64,000 nt of DNA from assembly GCA_028356125.1 (NCBI GenBank), contig JAOMTZ010000007.1, positions 1,127-65,126 on the forward strand. Direction: 5' to 3'. Origin of the DNA: Candidatus Poseidoniaceae archaeon (lineage in GTDB: Archaea; Thermoplasmatota; Poseidoniia; Poseidoniales; Poseidoniaceae). Under the pieces are notes generated by a model. That model was not told the DNA's origin. It worked only from the letters and a program-made list of their open reading frames with translations, and searched no databases. A program made the position numbers and the translations under genes. This document shows positions 1 to 9,152 of this stretch, piece by piece; positions within the stretch are counted from its first letter, which is position 1; every line of letters begins with the position of its first letter.

Positions 1-924
1 TGAGGGTATAATTGTTGTAGTGAAATCTAAAGCTGCGTCGATAGCAACCGCTCTAGGAAGGTGGAAGGGGTGATTCGACATTCCATATTCTTCGTGTAAT
101 TCGTAGGTGTCGTAACCCGGTGGCATTACATCAGAGGGATATTGAACAAAGGCAACTGCAACGCCTCTTGAAGATATAGTTTCAACCCAATCCACATATG
201 ATTTGAAAAACGGGTTAGCAAACCCATGGAGGATTATGGCCAGAGGCATTTCACCTTGATGCCCATCAGGCAATGTGAGATAAACTGAGAATGTCACATC
301 TTCTTCGTAATCGCCCTGAATGCTAGCAACTTCTTCTGGCATAGGATATTCATGAATCGTAGTAGTTACTGAATATGTTCCGACGCCTAAATCCAATTCC
401 GGAGGAGATGGAGATAAACCTGCCATAGCAGATAAACCCGGACTAATTAGCCACACTGCAAGCAAGACAAGCAGAACATGAGTTGTTCGACCTATGGTAT
501 TGTTCGCTTTGTTAAACGGATTTTTAGGTGTTCCACCAATGATTAGAACAGTGCACAAAATTATGAATCCATAGATTGTAGGCAACAACAAGAATGCATC
601 CCTAAGATATGCAATGTTCAGCAAAGAAAAGATTAGTAAAAGGCCGAATGTAATCCCTAATATCAATGCTGAAATTGATTTTTCACGAGCGCCACTATTA
701 GGTGATCTAACGTATGCAAATGGAACCAAAATTATAACCAGAGCGAAAGCCTCAGTTCTCCATTCTCTAAGAAAGAATGTCCAATCCAATGAACGATTAG
801 CCATAGGCCAAAGAGCTCCTGCGATATCATCACCCATTACAAGAAGTATTAATGGCTCTAGTAAAGCGATTAAAACTCCAAATGAAAAATAGGCACTAAG
901 CCTCTTACTGGATGGTGCATCCAT
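1..924 (-). CDS. membrane-anchored alpha/beta-hydrolase-fold protein; the C-terminal part runs off the left edge of the window
   Basis: Absent from the ORF track because it is open at the window edge. My translation of the minus strand from ATG at 924-922 gives MDAPSSKRLSAYFSFGVLIALLEPL... with several hydrophobic helices. It continues ...GEMPLAIILHGFANPFFKSYVDWVETISSRGVAVAFVQYP, the strand-HGF...S.G.V.V opening of dienelactone-hydrolase/chlorophyllase-type hydrolases. It starts 15 nt after the stop of the upstream same-strand gene. Confidence 0.55.
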   Translation of the reverse strand, partial: MDAPSSKRLSAYFSFGVLIALLEPLILLVMGDDIAGALWPMANRSLDWTFFLREWRTEAFALVIILVPFAYVRSPNSGAREKSISALILGITFGLLLIFSLLNIAYLRDAFLLLPTIYGFIILCTVLIIGGTPKNPFNKANNTIGRTTHVLLVLLAVWLISPGLSAMAGLSPSPPELDLGVGTYSVTTTIHEYPMPEEVASIQGDYEEDVTFSVYLTLPDGHQGEMPLAIILHGFANPFFKSYVDWVETISSRGVAVAFVQYPSDVMPPGYDTYELHEEYGMSNHPFHLPRAVAIDAALDFTTTIIPS

Positions 925-938
925 CCTAATCCCTCCGA

Positions 939-2261
939 TCAGACATCAGGTAATAGTCCGATTTTTGAAAACCCAGTCCAAACTGGATTTAGCCACCCTG
1001 GTATGAAACGGTGGCGTAGATATACTGCAGCTGCCAGAGTTAGTTTCTGAAATTTGTTTAACTTGACTCTCTTAGTGAATACATCACCTTGTTGATTCTC
1101 AATCTGTTTCAAGATTTTGTCATAGAATGCAATCATTGCAGCAGGAGAGTATCTTGTCCTACGAGGTAGCAGGGGAAGTAACTGCTTTGCTTCGTTCAAA
1201 TATGTTCTAGCCCTCTTAGCATAATGATGAACATAAGGTTCCCATGTCGTATTCAAAACAACATCACCATTCAATTCAGATTCATTAACTCCATTCGCTT
1301 CAAGTTCATCCAAAGGAAGGTAAACTCTGTTCCTTTGAATATCTTCACCAACGTCCCTCAAGACATTTGTCAATTGCATGAAAATGCCCCATGATTCAGC
1401 AAACTTCTTCGCTCTAGGGTCATCATAACCATAGATTTCGATACACATTAGACCGACCACGGATGCAACTCTGTAGCAGTAAATATACAACTCATCGAAA
1501 GTACGGTATCGATTGTTGTACAGGTCGTCTTCCATACCTGTAATCAAATCATCAAACACACTTCTTGGTATATCATATCGGGTGACCGTGTCCTTTAGCG
1601 CAAGGAATACTGGATCTGTGCTACTTGTCTGTGAATAACATGTGGATAGTTTCTTTCTGAAAAAGAAGAGTTGAGTAATCTTTTCTAAATACAAATCTTC
1701 TTGCAAGATTGTATCTTTGTTCTGAAGGTTCTCAAGTTCCTTGCGGTAAGCAACTGCTTCTGGGTCCATCTCTCCTTGTGAACCCGGGAATCTATCTTGC
1801 CAATCGCCGTCTGCAATATCGTCAGCACGTCGGCAGAATGCATATACAGCGCACATAGCCAATCTTTGTTCATCTGGAAGATACTTGAAGGAGTGATAGA
1901 AGTTACCAGCCTCTCTCATTGTTAATTCTTCACAGTAAGAATATGCTAATTTTAATAATTCTGCAGGAGGGTCTCTGGCCCATATCGGTGCATCGAGATG
2001 ATTGAAAGGATCTATCAATTCATCTTGCTCACCAACAATACCGATGAATGCTGCACCTTCACGAAGAGCCTCCATTGCGGTTAGGCTAACAGCCTTCACT
2101 GCATCTGCGGTGAGATTAACTGCAGCTCGCAATCTTTGAGCAGCAGTCATGCCTTCCTTTTTGCCACCGACCTCATTCGACGCTCCGCCCTTGAGAGGGA
2201 ACAGCAAGTCGAGTGGTTTGCGGCGTTCCAGCATGTCGCTCAACCGCTCTGCCTTCTTCAT
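939..2261 (-). CDS. crtB: phytoene/squalene synthase family enzyme (CrtB-like) with a roughly 100-aa N-terminal extension
   Basis: The track start at 2264 is GTG; an ATG lies at 2261. Motifs are YCEELTMREAGNFYHSFKYLPDEQRLAMCAVYAFCRRADDIADGD (first DxxxD), YCYRVASVVGLM and QLTNVLRDVGEDIQRNRVYLP (second Asp-rich motif). An HpnD-type presqualene synthase cannot be excluded by eye. Confidence 0.8.
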   Translation of the reverse strand: MKKAERLSDMLERRKPLDLLFPLKGGASNEVGGKKEGMTAAQRLRAAVNLTADAVKAVSLTAMEALREGAAFIGIVGEQDELIDPFNHLDAPIWARDPPAELLKLAYSYCEELTMREAGNFYHSFKYLPDEQRLAMCAVYAFCRRADDIADGDWQDRFPGSQGEMDPEAVAYRKELENLQNKDTILQEDLYLEKITQLFFFRKKLSTCYSQTSSTDPVFLALKDTVTRYDIPRSVFDDLITGMEDDLYNNRYRTFDELYIYCYRVASVVGLMCIEIYGYDDPRAKKFAESWGIFMQLTNVLRDVGEDIQRNRVYLPLDELEANGVNESELNGDVVLNTTWEPYVHHYAKRARTYLNEAKQLLPLLPRRTRYSPAAMIAFYDKILKQIENQQGDVFTKRVKLNKFQKLTLAAAVYLRHRFIPGWLNPVWTGFSKIGLLPDV

Positions 2262-2457
2262 CACTTATCAGTTTGAGGGTATTTTGCCTTACGCCCTATG
2301 GGCGAGATTACAACGAATAATGAAATTGTAAAATAAGGTTTACATTATTTCGCGAAAGAATCATTCTGGATAAAAAATACCGCATCATTTAGTAGGTGTG
2401 CCTTTAGTGAGCAGTTGTTTACATCGCCTCAGAATAATTTACAACTTGTGAAATAAT

Positions 2458-3570
2458 TCACTTGTCTTTGTTTTTCTCTAGCAGCCTCCTAACACCGCCA
2501 GGAATAATCAAAGCGCGCATGAGCTTGCGCGCATACGATTTTATTTCATCTCTTGTTACCTTTATTCTCTCTTCAGAATCTAGGATATTTCCGGTCCTGA
2601 GAAGAGTCACTGTTCGTTGCCCAATCAATACGGGCAGCATGCATGATGCTTTGAGACGTAACTGCTTATCGGGTAGCATCTTGATATAATCCACAGCAGC
2701 CTCAAGATGCTCATTTGTAAGATCTAGATATTTGTCGTACAATGGCCTGAATTTGTCGATATTTGTTGAATCCATTAGATCTTCGGGTTTTAGATTGTAC
2801 TCTGCTAAAGTAACATCAGGAATGTAACATCTGCCAAAGCGTAAATCTTCAGGAATATCCCTGAGAATGTTAATCATTTGCAACGCTTTCCCAAATCTAA
2901 TTCCCTTCTTTAGGAATTCTTCTTCTTTATCAGTAGGCAATGTCATTAGATGAGTAAGAGAGATTTTGCTCCAAAAAACACCCACAGAACCGGCTACTCT
3001 GTATGCATAATCATCTAATTCCTCCTCAGATTTTAGAGATGAAATACTACCTCCTTCTTTGGCGGTACCAAATCTTTCAAGATCTAAGATTTGGCCTTCG
3101 ACAATTATGTCTAAGCATTCCAATATTAGAGAACTATCAACCTCATCGCATTCAGACAGACCTGCTACAACATCTTTGACATTTCGTAAAAGCTCCGCCT
3201 CATATTCATTGTCCTGGATTTCTGAAATTTCAGAGAAATCGGGGAGGGTTGGGGAGCGGCCTTGTGCAACATCATTGTACTGTTTCAAAATTTGTAGAAG
3301 TACTTCGGTTTCACCATGCTTAGAATCAGCAATTGTATCTGCGACTCTTGCTAGTAAATACAGTAACCCAATGCGACCACGTGTCTTCTTTGGAAGGTAC
3401 TTAAGAGTAGGATAAAAAGACCGTGAAGTCGCCTCTAACAGCGCATCAAGTTTAGTATTGATGAGTACAGCCACCAAATCCCCTCGATTGGTCGGAATCG
3501 CTTTCTGTTCTTGACCCTGTGGGGTATTGATGTCTTGATAATGAGAAATCATAATTCGATTCTCGCTCAA
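2458..3570 (-). CDS. second squalene/phytoene synthase family enzyme (squalene-synthase-like)
   Basis: The track start at 3570 is TTG; the first ATG is at 3552. Motifs are SRSFYPTLKYLPKKTRGRIGLLYLLARVADTIADS, YAYRVAGSVGVFW and ALQMINILRDIPEDLRFGRCYIP, so both Asp-rich motifs are intact. The SRSF opening resembles farnesyl-diphosphate farnesyltransferase-type members. Confidence 0.75.
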   Translation of the reverse strand: MSENRIMISHYQDINTPQGQEQKAIPTNRGDLVAVLINTKLDALLEATSRSFYPTLKYLPKKTRGRIGLLYLLARVADTIADSKHGETEVLLQILKQYNDVAQGRSPTLPDFSEISEIQDNEYEAELLRNVKDVVAGLSECDEVDSSLILECLDIIVEGQILDLERFGTAKEGGSISSLKSEEELDDYAYRVAGSVGVFWSKISLTHLMTLPTDKEEEFLKKGIRFGKALQMINILRDIPEDLRFGRCYIPDVTLAEYNLKPEDLMDSTNIDKFRPLYDKYLDLTNEHLEAAVDYIKMLPDKQLRLKASCMLPVLIGQRTVTLLRTGNILDSEERIKVTRDEIKSYARKLMRALIIPGGVRRLLEKNKDK

Positions 3571-3660
3571 GAATGTTTATAGAAATTGCATGTAAAATCA
3601 TACATAATCAAAGCAAGACTTTATTTCAAACGAACTCAGCCGAGATATGAGGGGATAGGA

Positions 3661-5184
3661 ATGCAGTGCGGCTCTTGTGTTGAAGAGATACCAGATGACA
3701 GTATATTCTGTCCCGAATGTGGCGCACGTCAAGAGATGAGCAGAGCCGGCGGACTACCAGGTGTTGGCTCTGTAGGTTTAGGTGGCCAAGAGGTCAGCGG
3801 CGGTCGTAATTTCGGAGTAGTTTCCGGAGAGGCTGTAATGAACCAGAATTTGAACCAGGGCATGCCAGGACAAGGTTTGCCACCAGGCGTTATGCCAGAT
3901 ATAATGGGGCAAATCGCACATAACATGCAAGGTTTACCGCAGCAAGGTATGCCGCAGCAAGGTATGCCTCCACAAGGAATGCCGCAAAATGTGATTCCTA
4001 CATCCAATGTTACTCCTCTACCAGGTCAAGCGCCGCCGAACATTGGCGGATCTAGAGGAGATATGCCCCCTGCTGCAAAGGGGCCATCTTTGGCTAGCGG
4101 TGCTGGGCCAAACAACAATAATTTAGGTGTCCAGAATAACCAAGCCGGTGGACTATCGATATCTAACAATCCATCTCTATCGCCTACTGATGCAATGGTT
4201 AACCGAATTGCTGAGGCAGAAAGAACGGTAAAGAATGAAAGAAGAAGCCAGTGGCTCCAGATGAATCAGGAGTCTGCGGCAAATGTACTATCATCGATTG
4301 GCGGAGAACTGCCATCACATCTGAAAGGATCAGACAATGAAGCAGGCGCAGCAGAATTCCTAGCTAATGCAATTGGCTCAGATAAAGATGGTTCAGGTAA
4401 TGAAGCACTTTACAGGAGAATGTCAGAAGTTGCAGTTAGAAGAGTTGCAAGAAAGAGGGGTGTTGCTGTTGAAACACCTCAAATCAAAGCAGAAAATGGA
4501 ATCCTTACAGTCAATGTAACCTACGTTGATGACGGTAGAGTCTTAGACACACCAGATGACCTATCCACCGCTTTTGAACACGCTATTTCTACTGAAGTCG
4601 CCCTCAAAGGTCTTGATGCTGTAGTTGAAATCAACCTATTCCGCTCAAAAGACGGTTCTGTCGAAAAAATCGGAAGTGAAGATGAACCTACAGAACCTGA
4701 AAGTGATGAAGAGATGTTTGCTTGTGAAGTCTGTGACGGGTTAGTCAAAGAATCTGATAACGAATGTCCTCATTGTGGAGCAGTGTTCGAAGAGGAAGAA
4801 GAGGAACCTGTACAAGGGGGACCTCCTGCCAGAGGCGGACCACCTGGACGATCAAGTGGAGGACCTCCTGGCCCTTCGAAGAGTGGGCCACCAGGACCTT
4901 CTCGCGGAGGACCGCCAACACGAAGCGGACCACCTGGACCATCCGGCGGAGAGCCACCAAAACGTGGAGGACCACCCGGTGGACCGAAGAAAGGAACGCC
5001 TTCTGGAGGACCGCCTAAGCGCAGCGGACCACCTTCTGGCGGACCTAGTGGCGGCGGACCACCAAAGCGCAGCGGACCACCTTCTGGCGGACCTAGTGGC
5101 GGCGGACCGCCAAAAAGTGGAGGACCCCCTGGAGGTCCTAAACGTGGACCACCCGGCGGACCTAAACGTGGACCACCAAAGTGA
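3661..5184 (+). CDS. double zinc-ribbon protein with Q/P/G/M-rich and GGPP-rich low-complexity repeat regions
   Basis: The track ORF starts at TTG 3586. ATG 3661 is preceded by GAGGGG and gives MQCGSCVEEIPDDSIFCPECGARQ (CxxC..CxxC). A second ribbon reads CEVCDGLVKESDNECPHCGAVF. The protein has GMPQQGMPQQGMPPQGMPQ repeats and a C-terminal (G)GPPx(R/K)SGPP array. Confidence 0.7.
   Translation: MQCGSCVEEIPDDSIFCPECGARQEMSRAGGLPGVGSVGLGGQEVSGGRNFGVVSGEAVMNQNLNQGMPGQGLPPGVMPDIMGQIAHNMQGLPQQGMPQQGMPPQGMPQNVIPTSNVTPLPGQAPPNIGGSRGDMPPAAKGPSLASGAGPNNNNLGVQNNQAGGLSISNNPSLSPTDAMVNRIAEAERTVKNERRSQWLQMNQESAANVLSSIGGELPSHLKGSDNEAGAAEFLANAIGSDKDGSGNEALYRRMSEVAVRRVARKRGVAVETPQIKAENGILTVNVTYVDDGRVLDTPDDLSTAFEHAISTEVALKGLDAVVEINLFRSKDGSVEKIGSEDEPTEPESDEEMFACEVCDGLVKESDNECPHCGAVFEEEEEEPVQGGPPARGGPPGRSSGGPPGPSKSGPPGPSRGGPPTRSGPPGPSGGEPPKRGGPPGGPKKGTPSGGPPKRSGPPSGGPSGGGPPKRSGPPSGGPSGGGPPKSGGPPGGPKRGPPGGPKRGPPK
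3928..3987 (+). repeat. four tandem 15-bp units (caaggtWtRccKcMR) encoding (Q)QG(L/M)P(Q/P)
   Basis: Read directly from the sequence: caaggtttaccgcag / caaggtatgccgcag / caaggtatgcctcca / caaggaatgccgcaa. Confidence 0.85.
5017..5112 (+). repeat. perfect 48-bp tandem duplication inside the zinc-ribbon gene (encodes KRSGPPSGGPSGGGPP twice)
   Basis: The string aagcgcagcggaccaccttctggcggacctagtggcggcggaccacc occurs at 5017 and again at 5065. The copies diverge only at the end of the second copy. Confidence 0.9.
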
Positions 5185-5256
5185 AAAATTGAGAATTAAT
5201 ATCTCGACTAGATTTCACTATCTTGAACTCAACAATGTTCGTGAATTTGAGAAGTT

Positions 5257-6168
5257 TCAGCGTAGACCAGCAGCTTTCAAGCTTTCAAGTAGAACTTGTC
5301 CCAGTTCACTAGGATCTCGAGCACAAGCGATACCTGCTGCCTCAAATGCTGCAAATTTCTCTTCCGCAGTACCCTTTCCGCCCGAAATTATTGCACCTGC
5401 ATGTCCCATTCTCTTACCAGGAGGAGCTGTTGCTCCAGCGACGAATCCAACGATTGGCTTTGAGCAATTCTCTTTAGCCCAAGCAGCGGCTTCTTGTTCT
5501 GCATTTCCACCAATCTCTCCAATCATTACGATTGCTTCAGTTTGAGGGTCTGCTTCGAAAGCAGATAAGCACTCAATGAATCCAGTCCCATTAACTGGGT
5601 CTCCGCCAATTCCAATACAGGTAGATTGGCCTTCATCAATACTCATAGTTTGAGCAACTGCTTCGTAAGTTAGAGTTCCAGACTTCGAAACAATACCGAT
5701 TCTCCCCTTAGCATGGATGTGACCGGGCATGATCCCTAATTTGGCACCGCCTGTCTTTCCGGGAGTGATGATACCTGGGCAATTTGGGCCAATCAATCTG
5801 ACATTTGTCCGGTTAGCAACATATGCTGCTGCCTTGACCATGTCCAAAGTTGGAATTCCTTCTGTAATACAGACAATTACGCCTTCTCCTTTCACTGTCT
5901 CGAACGCATTTGCAGCCTCGATAATTGCTTCGCCTGCAAATGGAGGAGGGACGTAAATTACTGTTGCATCGGCATCGGTCTCTCTTACTGCTTCGACCAT
6001 GCTGTTGAATACAGGTAGACCAAGGACTACTTGTCCGCCTTTGCCAGGAGTTACTCCACCAACAAGGTTGGTTCCGTATTCAACCATCTTACCAGCGTGG
6101 AACATTCCTTGCTTACCTGTAATTCCTTGAACCAAAACTTTTGCATCTTCTTCAATCCAGATTGCCAT
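5257..6168 (-). CDS. sucD: succinyl-CoA synthetase (ADP-forming) alpha subunit
   Basis: Motifs are [19 protein letters not shown] and SKSGTLTYE, with the phosphohistidine-loop region MGHAGAII. The track start at 6186 is TTG. ATG 6168 follows GGAGG and sits one nt after the sucC stop, giving [18 protein letters not shown]. Confidence 0.95.
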   Translation of the reverse strand: MAIWIEEDAKVLVQGITGKQGMFHAGKMVEYGTNLVGGVTPGKGGQVVLGLPVFNSMVEAVRETDADATVIYVPPPFAGEAIIEAANAFETVKGEGVIVCITEGIPTLDMVKAAAYVANRTNVRLIGPNCPGIITPGKTGGAKLGIMPGHIHAKGRIGIVSKSGTLTYEAVAQTMSIDEGQSTCIGIGGDPVNGTGFIECLSAFEADPQTEAIVMIGEIGGNAEQEAAAWAKENCSKPIVGFVAGATAPPGKRMGHAGAIISGGKGTAEEKFAAFEAAGIACARDPSELGQVLLESLKAAGLR

Positions 6169-6169
6169 T

Positions 6170-7378
6170 TCACTCACCGCCTCCAATTAGGGATACTATT
6201 TTCTTTGCACCATCTGCCAAATCATCAGCAGGATGAATGTTGAGATCTGAGGCTGCGAGAATCGCTTTGCCCTCATCCACATTTGTACCTGCTAAACGAA
6301 CAACTAATGGGACGTCTAATCCAAGTGCTTGTGTAGCCCCAATAACTCCTCTAGCTATGATATCGCAGCGCATTATTCCGCCGAAGATATTGACCAGTAT
6401 ACCTTTCACATTAGGGTCCTCAAGGATAATTGAAAAGGCAGTCTTAACTTGCTCTTCATCTGCACCGCCTCCAACATCTAAGAAATTTGCAGGTTCTCCC
6501 CCGTACAATTTGATTACATCCATTGTAGCCATTGCTAAACCTGCCCCATTGACTAAGCAACCAATGTTTCCATCTAGTTTAACGTATGATAAACCGGTTT
6601 CCTTAGCACGTATTTCAACATCCTCTTCTTCAGACAAATCTCTCATCTCGTCCCAGTCTTTGTGACGGAATTCTGCATTTTCATCGAAACTAATCTTCGA
6701 ATCAAGGGCAACAATCTCTTCATCTTCAGTTCTAACTAGAGGGTTTATCTCGACCATAGCGCAATCGTGTGAAACAAACATGTCATACATTTTTCCTAAC
6801 ATCTTGAAGAATGATTTCAAAGAATTGCCAGATAGTCCTAATGCCATACCGAGATCTCTTTTCTGGAACCCAAGTAATCCTGCATTCGGATCTACGTTGA
6901 TTTTGTGAATCTTTTCAGGAGTATTATGGGCCACATCTTCGATATCCATTCCGCCTTCAGTAGATGCCATTATCAGCACTGTTTTGTCTTCTCTATCAAC
7001 TAAGAGTGCTAGGTAATACTCGTGTGCAATTGCACATCCAGATTCTACGTACAAGTTGTTGACAAGCTTTCCTTCATCGCCAGTTTGAATTGTTACAAGC
7101 ACGTTTCCTAAGATGTTAGTAGCATAAGTTTCTACTTCTTCTCGAGAAAATGCGATTTTAACTCCGCCCTGCATAACTTCTTCGCGATTTTCAGGATTGT
7201 ACATTGTACCTTTCCCTCTACCGCCTGCATGAATTTGACTTTTCACAGCTACAACTTTTGAACCTAGTTTATCATAGGCCTCCAGTGCTTCATTTACGCT
7301 TGTGCAATGGACCCCTTCTAGAACAGGTACTCCTGCTGCTTTGAGCAAGGCTTTCCCTTGGTACTCGTGGATATTCAT
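6170..7378 (-). CDS. sucC: succinyl-CoA synthetase beta subunit
   Basis: [19 protein letters not shown] is the ATP-grasp N-terminus, and [10 protein letters not shown] and GTNVDEGK follow. The track start at 7390 is TTG; ATG 7378 is preceded by GGGGAG. Confidence 0.95.
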   Translation of the reverse strand: MNIHEYQGKALLKAAGVPVLEGVHCTSVNEALEAYDKLGSKVVAVKSQIHAGGRGKGTMYNPENREEVMQGGVKIAFSREEVETYATNILGNVLVTIQTGDEGKLVNNLYVESGCAIAHEYYLALLVDREDKTVLIMASTEGGMDIEDVAHNTPEKIHKINVDPNAGLLGFQKRDLGMALGLSGNSLKSFFKMLGKMYDMFVSHDCAMVEINPLVRTEDEEIVALDSKISFDENAEFRHKDWDEMRDLSEEEDVEIRAKETGLSYVKLDGNIGCLVNGAGLAMATMDVIKLYGGEPANFLDVGGGADEEQVKTAFSIILEDPNVKGILVNIFGGIMRCDIIARGVIGATQALGLDVPLVVRLAGTNVDEGKAILAASDLNIHPADDLADGAKKIVSLIGGGE

Positions 7379-7481
7379 CTTTCTCCCCAACCCCCCGACT
7401 AAAAGGCGCCCTTTGAATGATGCGATTTAAACAAGCAGATTTCACGATGTGTTCAATAGTCATGTTGTGGTCGCTCAGTAC

Positions 7482-8453
7482 ATGCAGGTGGTAGTTCTTG
7501 CCGGTGGTATTGGTTCACGCCTTAGACCTTGGACTAACGACATACCCAAACCCTTACTGCCAATGCTAGACGCAACGCTATTAGAGAGAGTTGTAGAAGG
7601 TGTTCCGCCTAACCTCGTTGATGAAGTAATTGTGGCTGGCGGATATAAGATTGATATGATTGAGGAATATTTCCGCAATGCTGACGTCGATTTTGATGTT
7701 AGAATTATTCCAGAAGATAAGCCACTAGGCACAGGAGGAGCATTAGGAAATTGCAGAGATGTAGTCTCTGGAAGATTCGCTTGCTTTAATGGCGACATAG
7801 TATCATCATTGAATGTGGCACCTATGCTCGAACAGCATTCTAAAATGGGTGCAAAAGGCACTCTAGCACTTTGGGAAGTTGAAGACCCAACTAGGTTTGG
7901 AATTGTTGGGTTAGATGAAGGAAATGTTGTCACTCAATTCAAAGAGAAGCCAAAACCTGAGGAAGTTTTCTCAAATTTGATAAACGCAGGATCTTACATC
8001 CTTGAAGAAGAGGTTTTCGACATAATGCCAAAGGAGAAACATAGTCTTGAAAGAGACGTATTCCCAATTCTTGCTGAAGAAGGAAGTTTGGCAGGATTCC
8101 CGTTTGAAGGTTACTTCATAGATGCAGGCACACCAACCAGTTGGCACGATGGAGTAAAGCGATGTATAGAAGAAAAACGTTTCAAAACTGGTTCTGTTTC
8201 TAATGGATCATGGCATGAAAATAAAGTTACTACTTCTTTTAATTCAATGGTCCAAGCAGATTGTTTGGTATTGGGTGAAGTTAATGATTCCACTTTATTG
8301 AGAGGTGCTCGTATTGAAGTTGGAGCATCTGTTACAAATTGCCTGATTGGAGAGGGATCAATAGTTGGGAAAGATGCTAAATTGTCAAATGTCATTGTTG
8401 GGCACCGACAAGTCGTACCTCCTGGACATATACAGAGCGAAGGTACATTTTGA
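7482..8453 (+). CDS. NDP-sugar pyrophosphorylase (sugar-1-phosphate nucleotidyltransferase) with a C-terminal left-handed beta-helix
   Basis: VVLAGGIGSRLRPWTNDIPKPLLPM is the nucleotidyltransferase signature. The C-terminus has hexapeptide-like repeats (GARIEVGASVTNCLIGEGSIVGKDAKLSNVIVG). The track start at 7449 is GTG; ATG is at 7482. Confidence 0.85.
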   Translation: MQVVVLAGGIGSRLRPWTNDIPKPLLPMLDATLLERVVEGVPPNLVDEVIVAGGYKIDMIEEYFRNADVDFDVRIIPEDKPLGTGGALGNCRDVVSGRFACFNGDIVSSLNVAPMLEQHSKMGAKGTLALWEVEDPTRFGIVGLDEGNVVTQFKEKPKPEEVFSNLINAGSYILEEEVFDIMPKEKHSLERDVFPILAEEGSLAGFPFEGYFIDAGTPTSWHDGVKRCIEEKRFKTGSVSNGSWHENKVTTSFNSMVQADCLVLGEVNDSTLLRGARIEVGASVTNCLIGEGSIVGKDAKLSNVIVGHRQVVPPGHIQSEGTF

Positions 8454-8492
8454 ATCGCAGTCTCCAAAAAGGATGCACGGTTTGGCTAGGCT

Positions 8493-9152
8493 ATGGAAGC
8501 CCCATTGGTAGTTGTTAACTTCAAGACATACACATCGGCACTTGCTAGCGCAGCGGACCGATTGGGTAAACAAATGGCAGATGTAAGTACTAATGCTAGA
8601 ATGGTGGCAGTTACGAGTGCATTCGATTTATCATCAGTGAGTTCCATCGATGGACTGGAAGTGTGGTCACAGCATCTTGACCCAGTAGGACAAGGATCTC
8701 ATACTGGATGGCTAGAACCTGAAACTGCAATAGCCAGAGGAGCAACAGGGACAATAATTAACCATGCTGAACACAAAGTATCACTAGAACATGTCCGTGA
8801 TTTAATGGCTATGCTTCCCGAAGGGTTCCCAATTTGCGCCTGTGCTGCAGATGTAACTGAAGCTAGAGCTTTGGCTGAACTCGGCCCTACATTCATTGCG
8901 GTTGAACCTCCTGAATTGATTGGAGGAGACATCTCGGTAACCACTGCAGACCCAACTATTGTTAGCGACACTGTTGCAGCAGTAAAGGAAGTCAATCCAA
9001 ATGTTCGAGTTCTTTGCGGAGCCGGAGTTAAAAACGGACAAGATGTTGCCACTGCAATCGCTTTAGGCGCAGAAGGAGTACTGCTTGCTAGTGGAGTTAC
9101 CAAAGCTAACGATCCTCAAGCAGTGCTTGAAGATCTAGTCTCAAAACTTTGA
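8493..9152 (+). CDS. tpiA: triosephosphate isomerase, short archaeal type
   Basis: The 219-aa protein carries VVVNFKTY, IINHAEHK, AVEPPELIG and CGAGV motifs. Confidence 0.9.
   Translation: MEAPLVVVNFKTYTSALASAADRLGKQMADVSTNARMVAVTSAFDLSSVSSIDGLEVWSQHLDPVGQGSHTGWLEPETAIARGATGTIINHAEHKVSLEHVRDLMAMLPEGFPICACAADVTEARALAELGPTFIAVEPPELIGGDISVTTADPTIVSDTVAAVKEVNPNVRVLCGAGVKNGQDVATAIALGAEGVLLASGVTKANDPQAVLEDLVSKL

Noticed and set aside
614-892. 92-aa plus-strand ORF from the track
   Set aside because: It lies entirely antisense to a much longer minus-strand reading frame (1..924) that has clear membrane-helix and alpha/beta-hydrolase features. It has no recognisable motifs of its own.
2265-2457. 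GTTTACAT occurring twice (about 2338 and 2417), plus ATTTACAA, in the 193-bp gap between the two prenyl synthase genes
   Set aside because: These are only 8-mers in AT-rich DNA. Chance occurrence is plausible and there is no dyad structure.
4745-5545. Long alternative-frame ORFs (4764..5018 +, 4775..5545 +, 4745..4975 -) over the GGPP-repeat region
   Set aside because: They are by-products of GC-rich, stop-poor repeat DNA. Their translations are low-complexity R/T/W/H strings. The 4775..5545 frame runs antisense into sucD.
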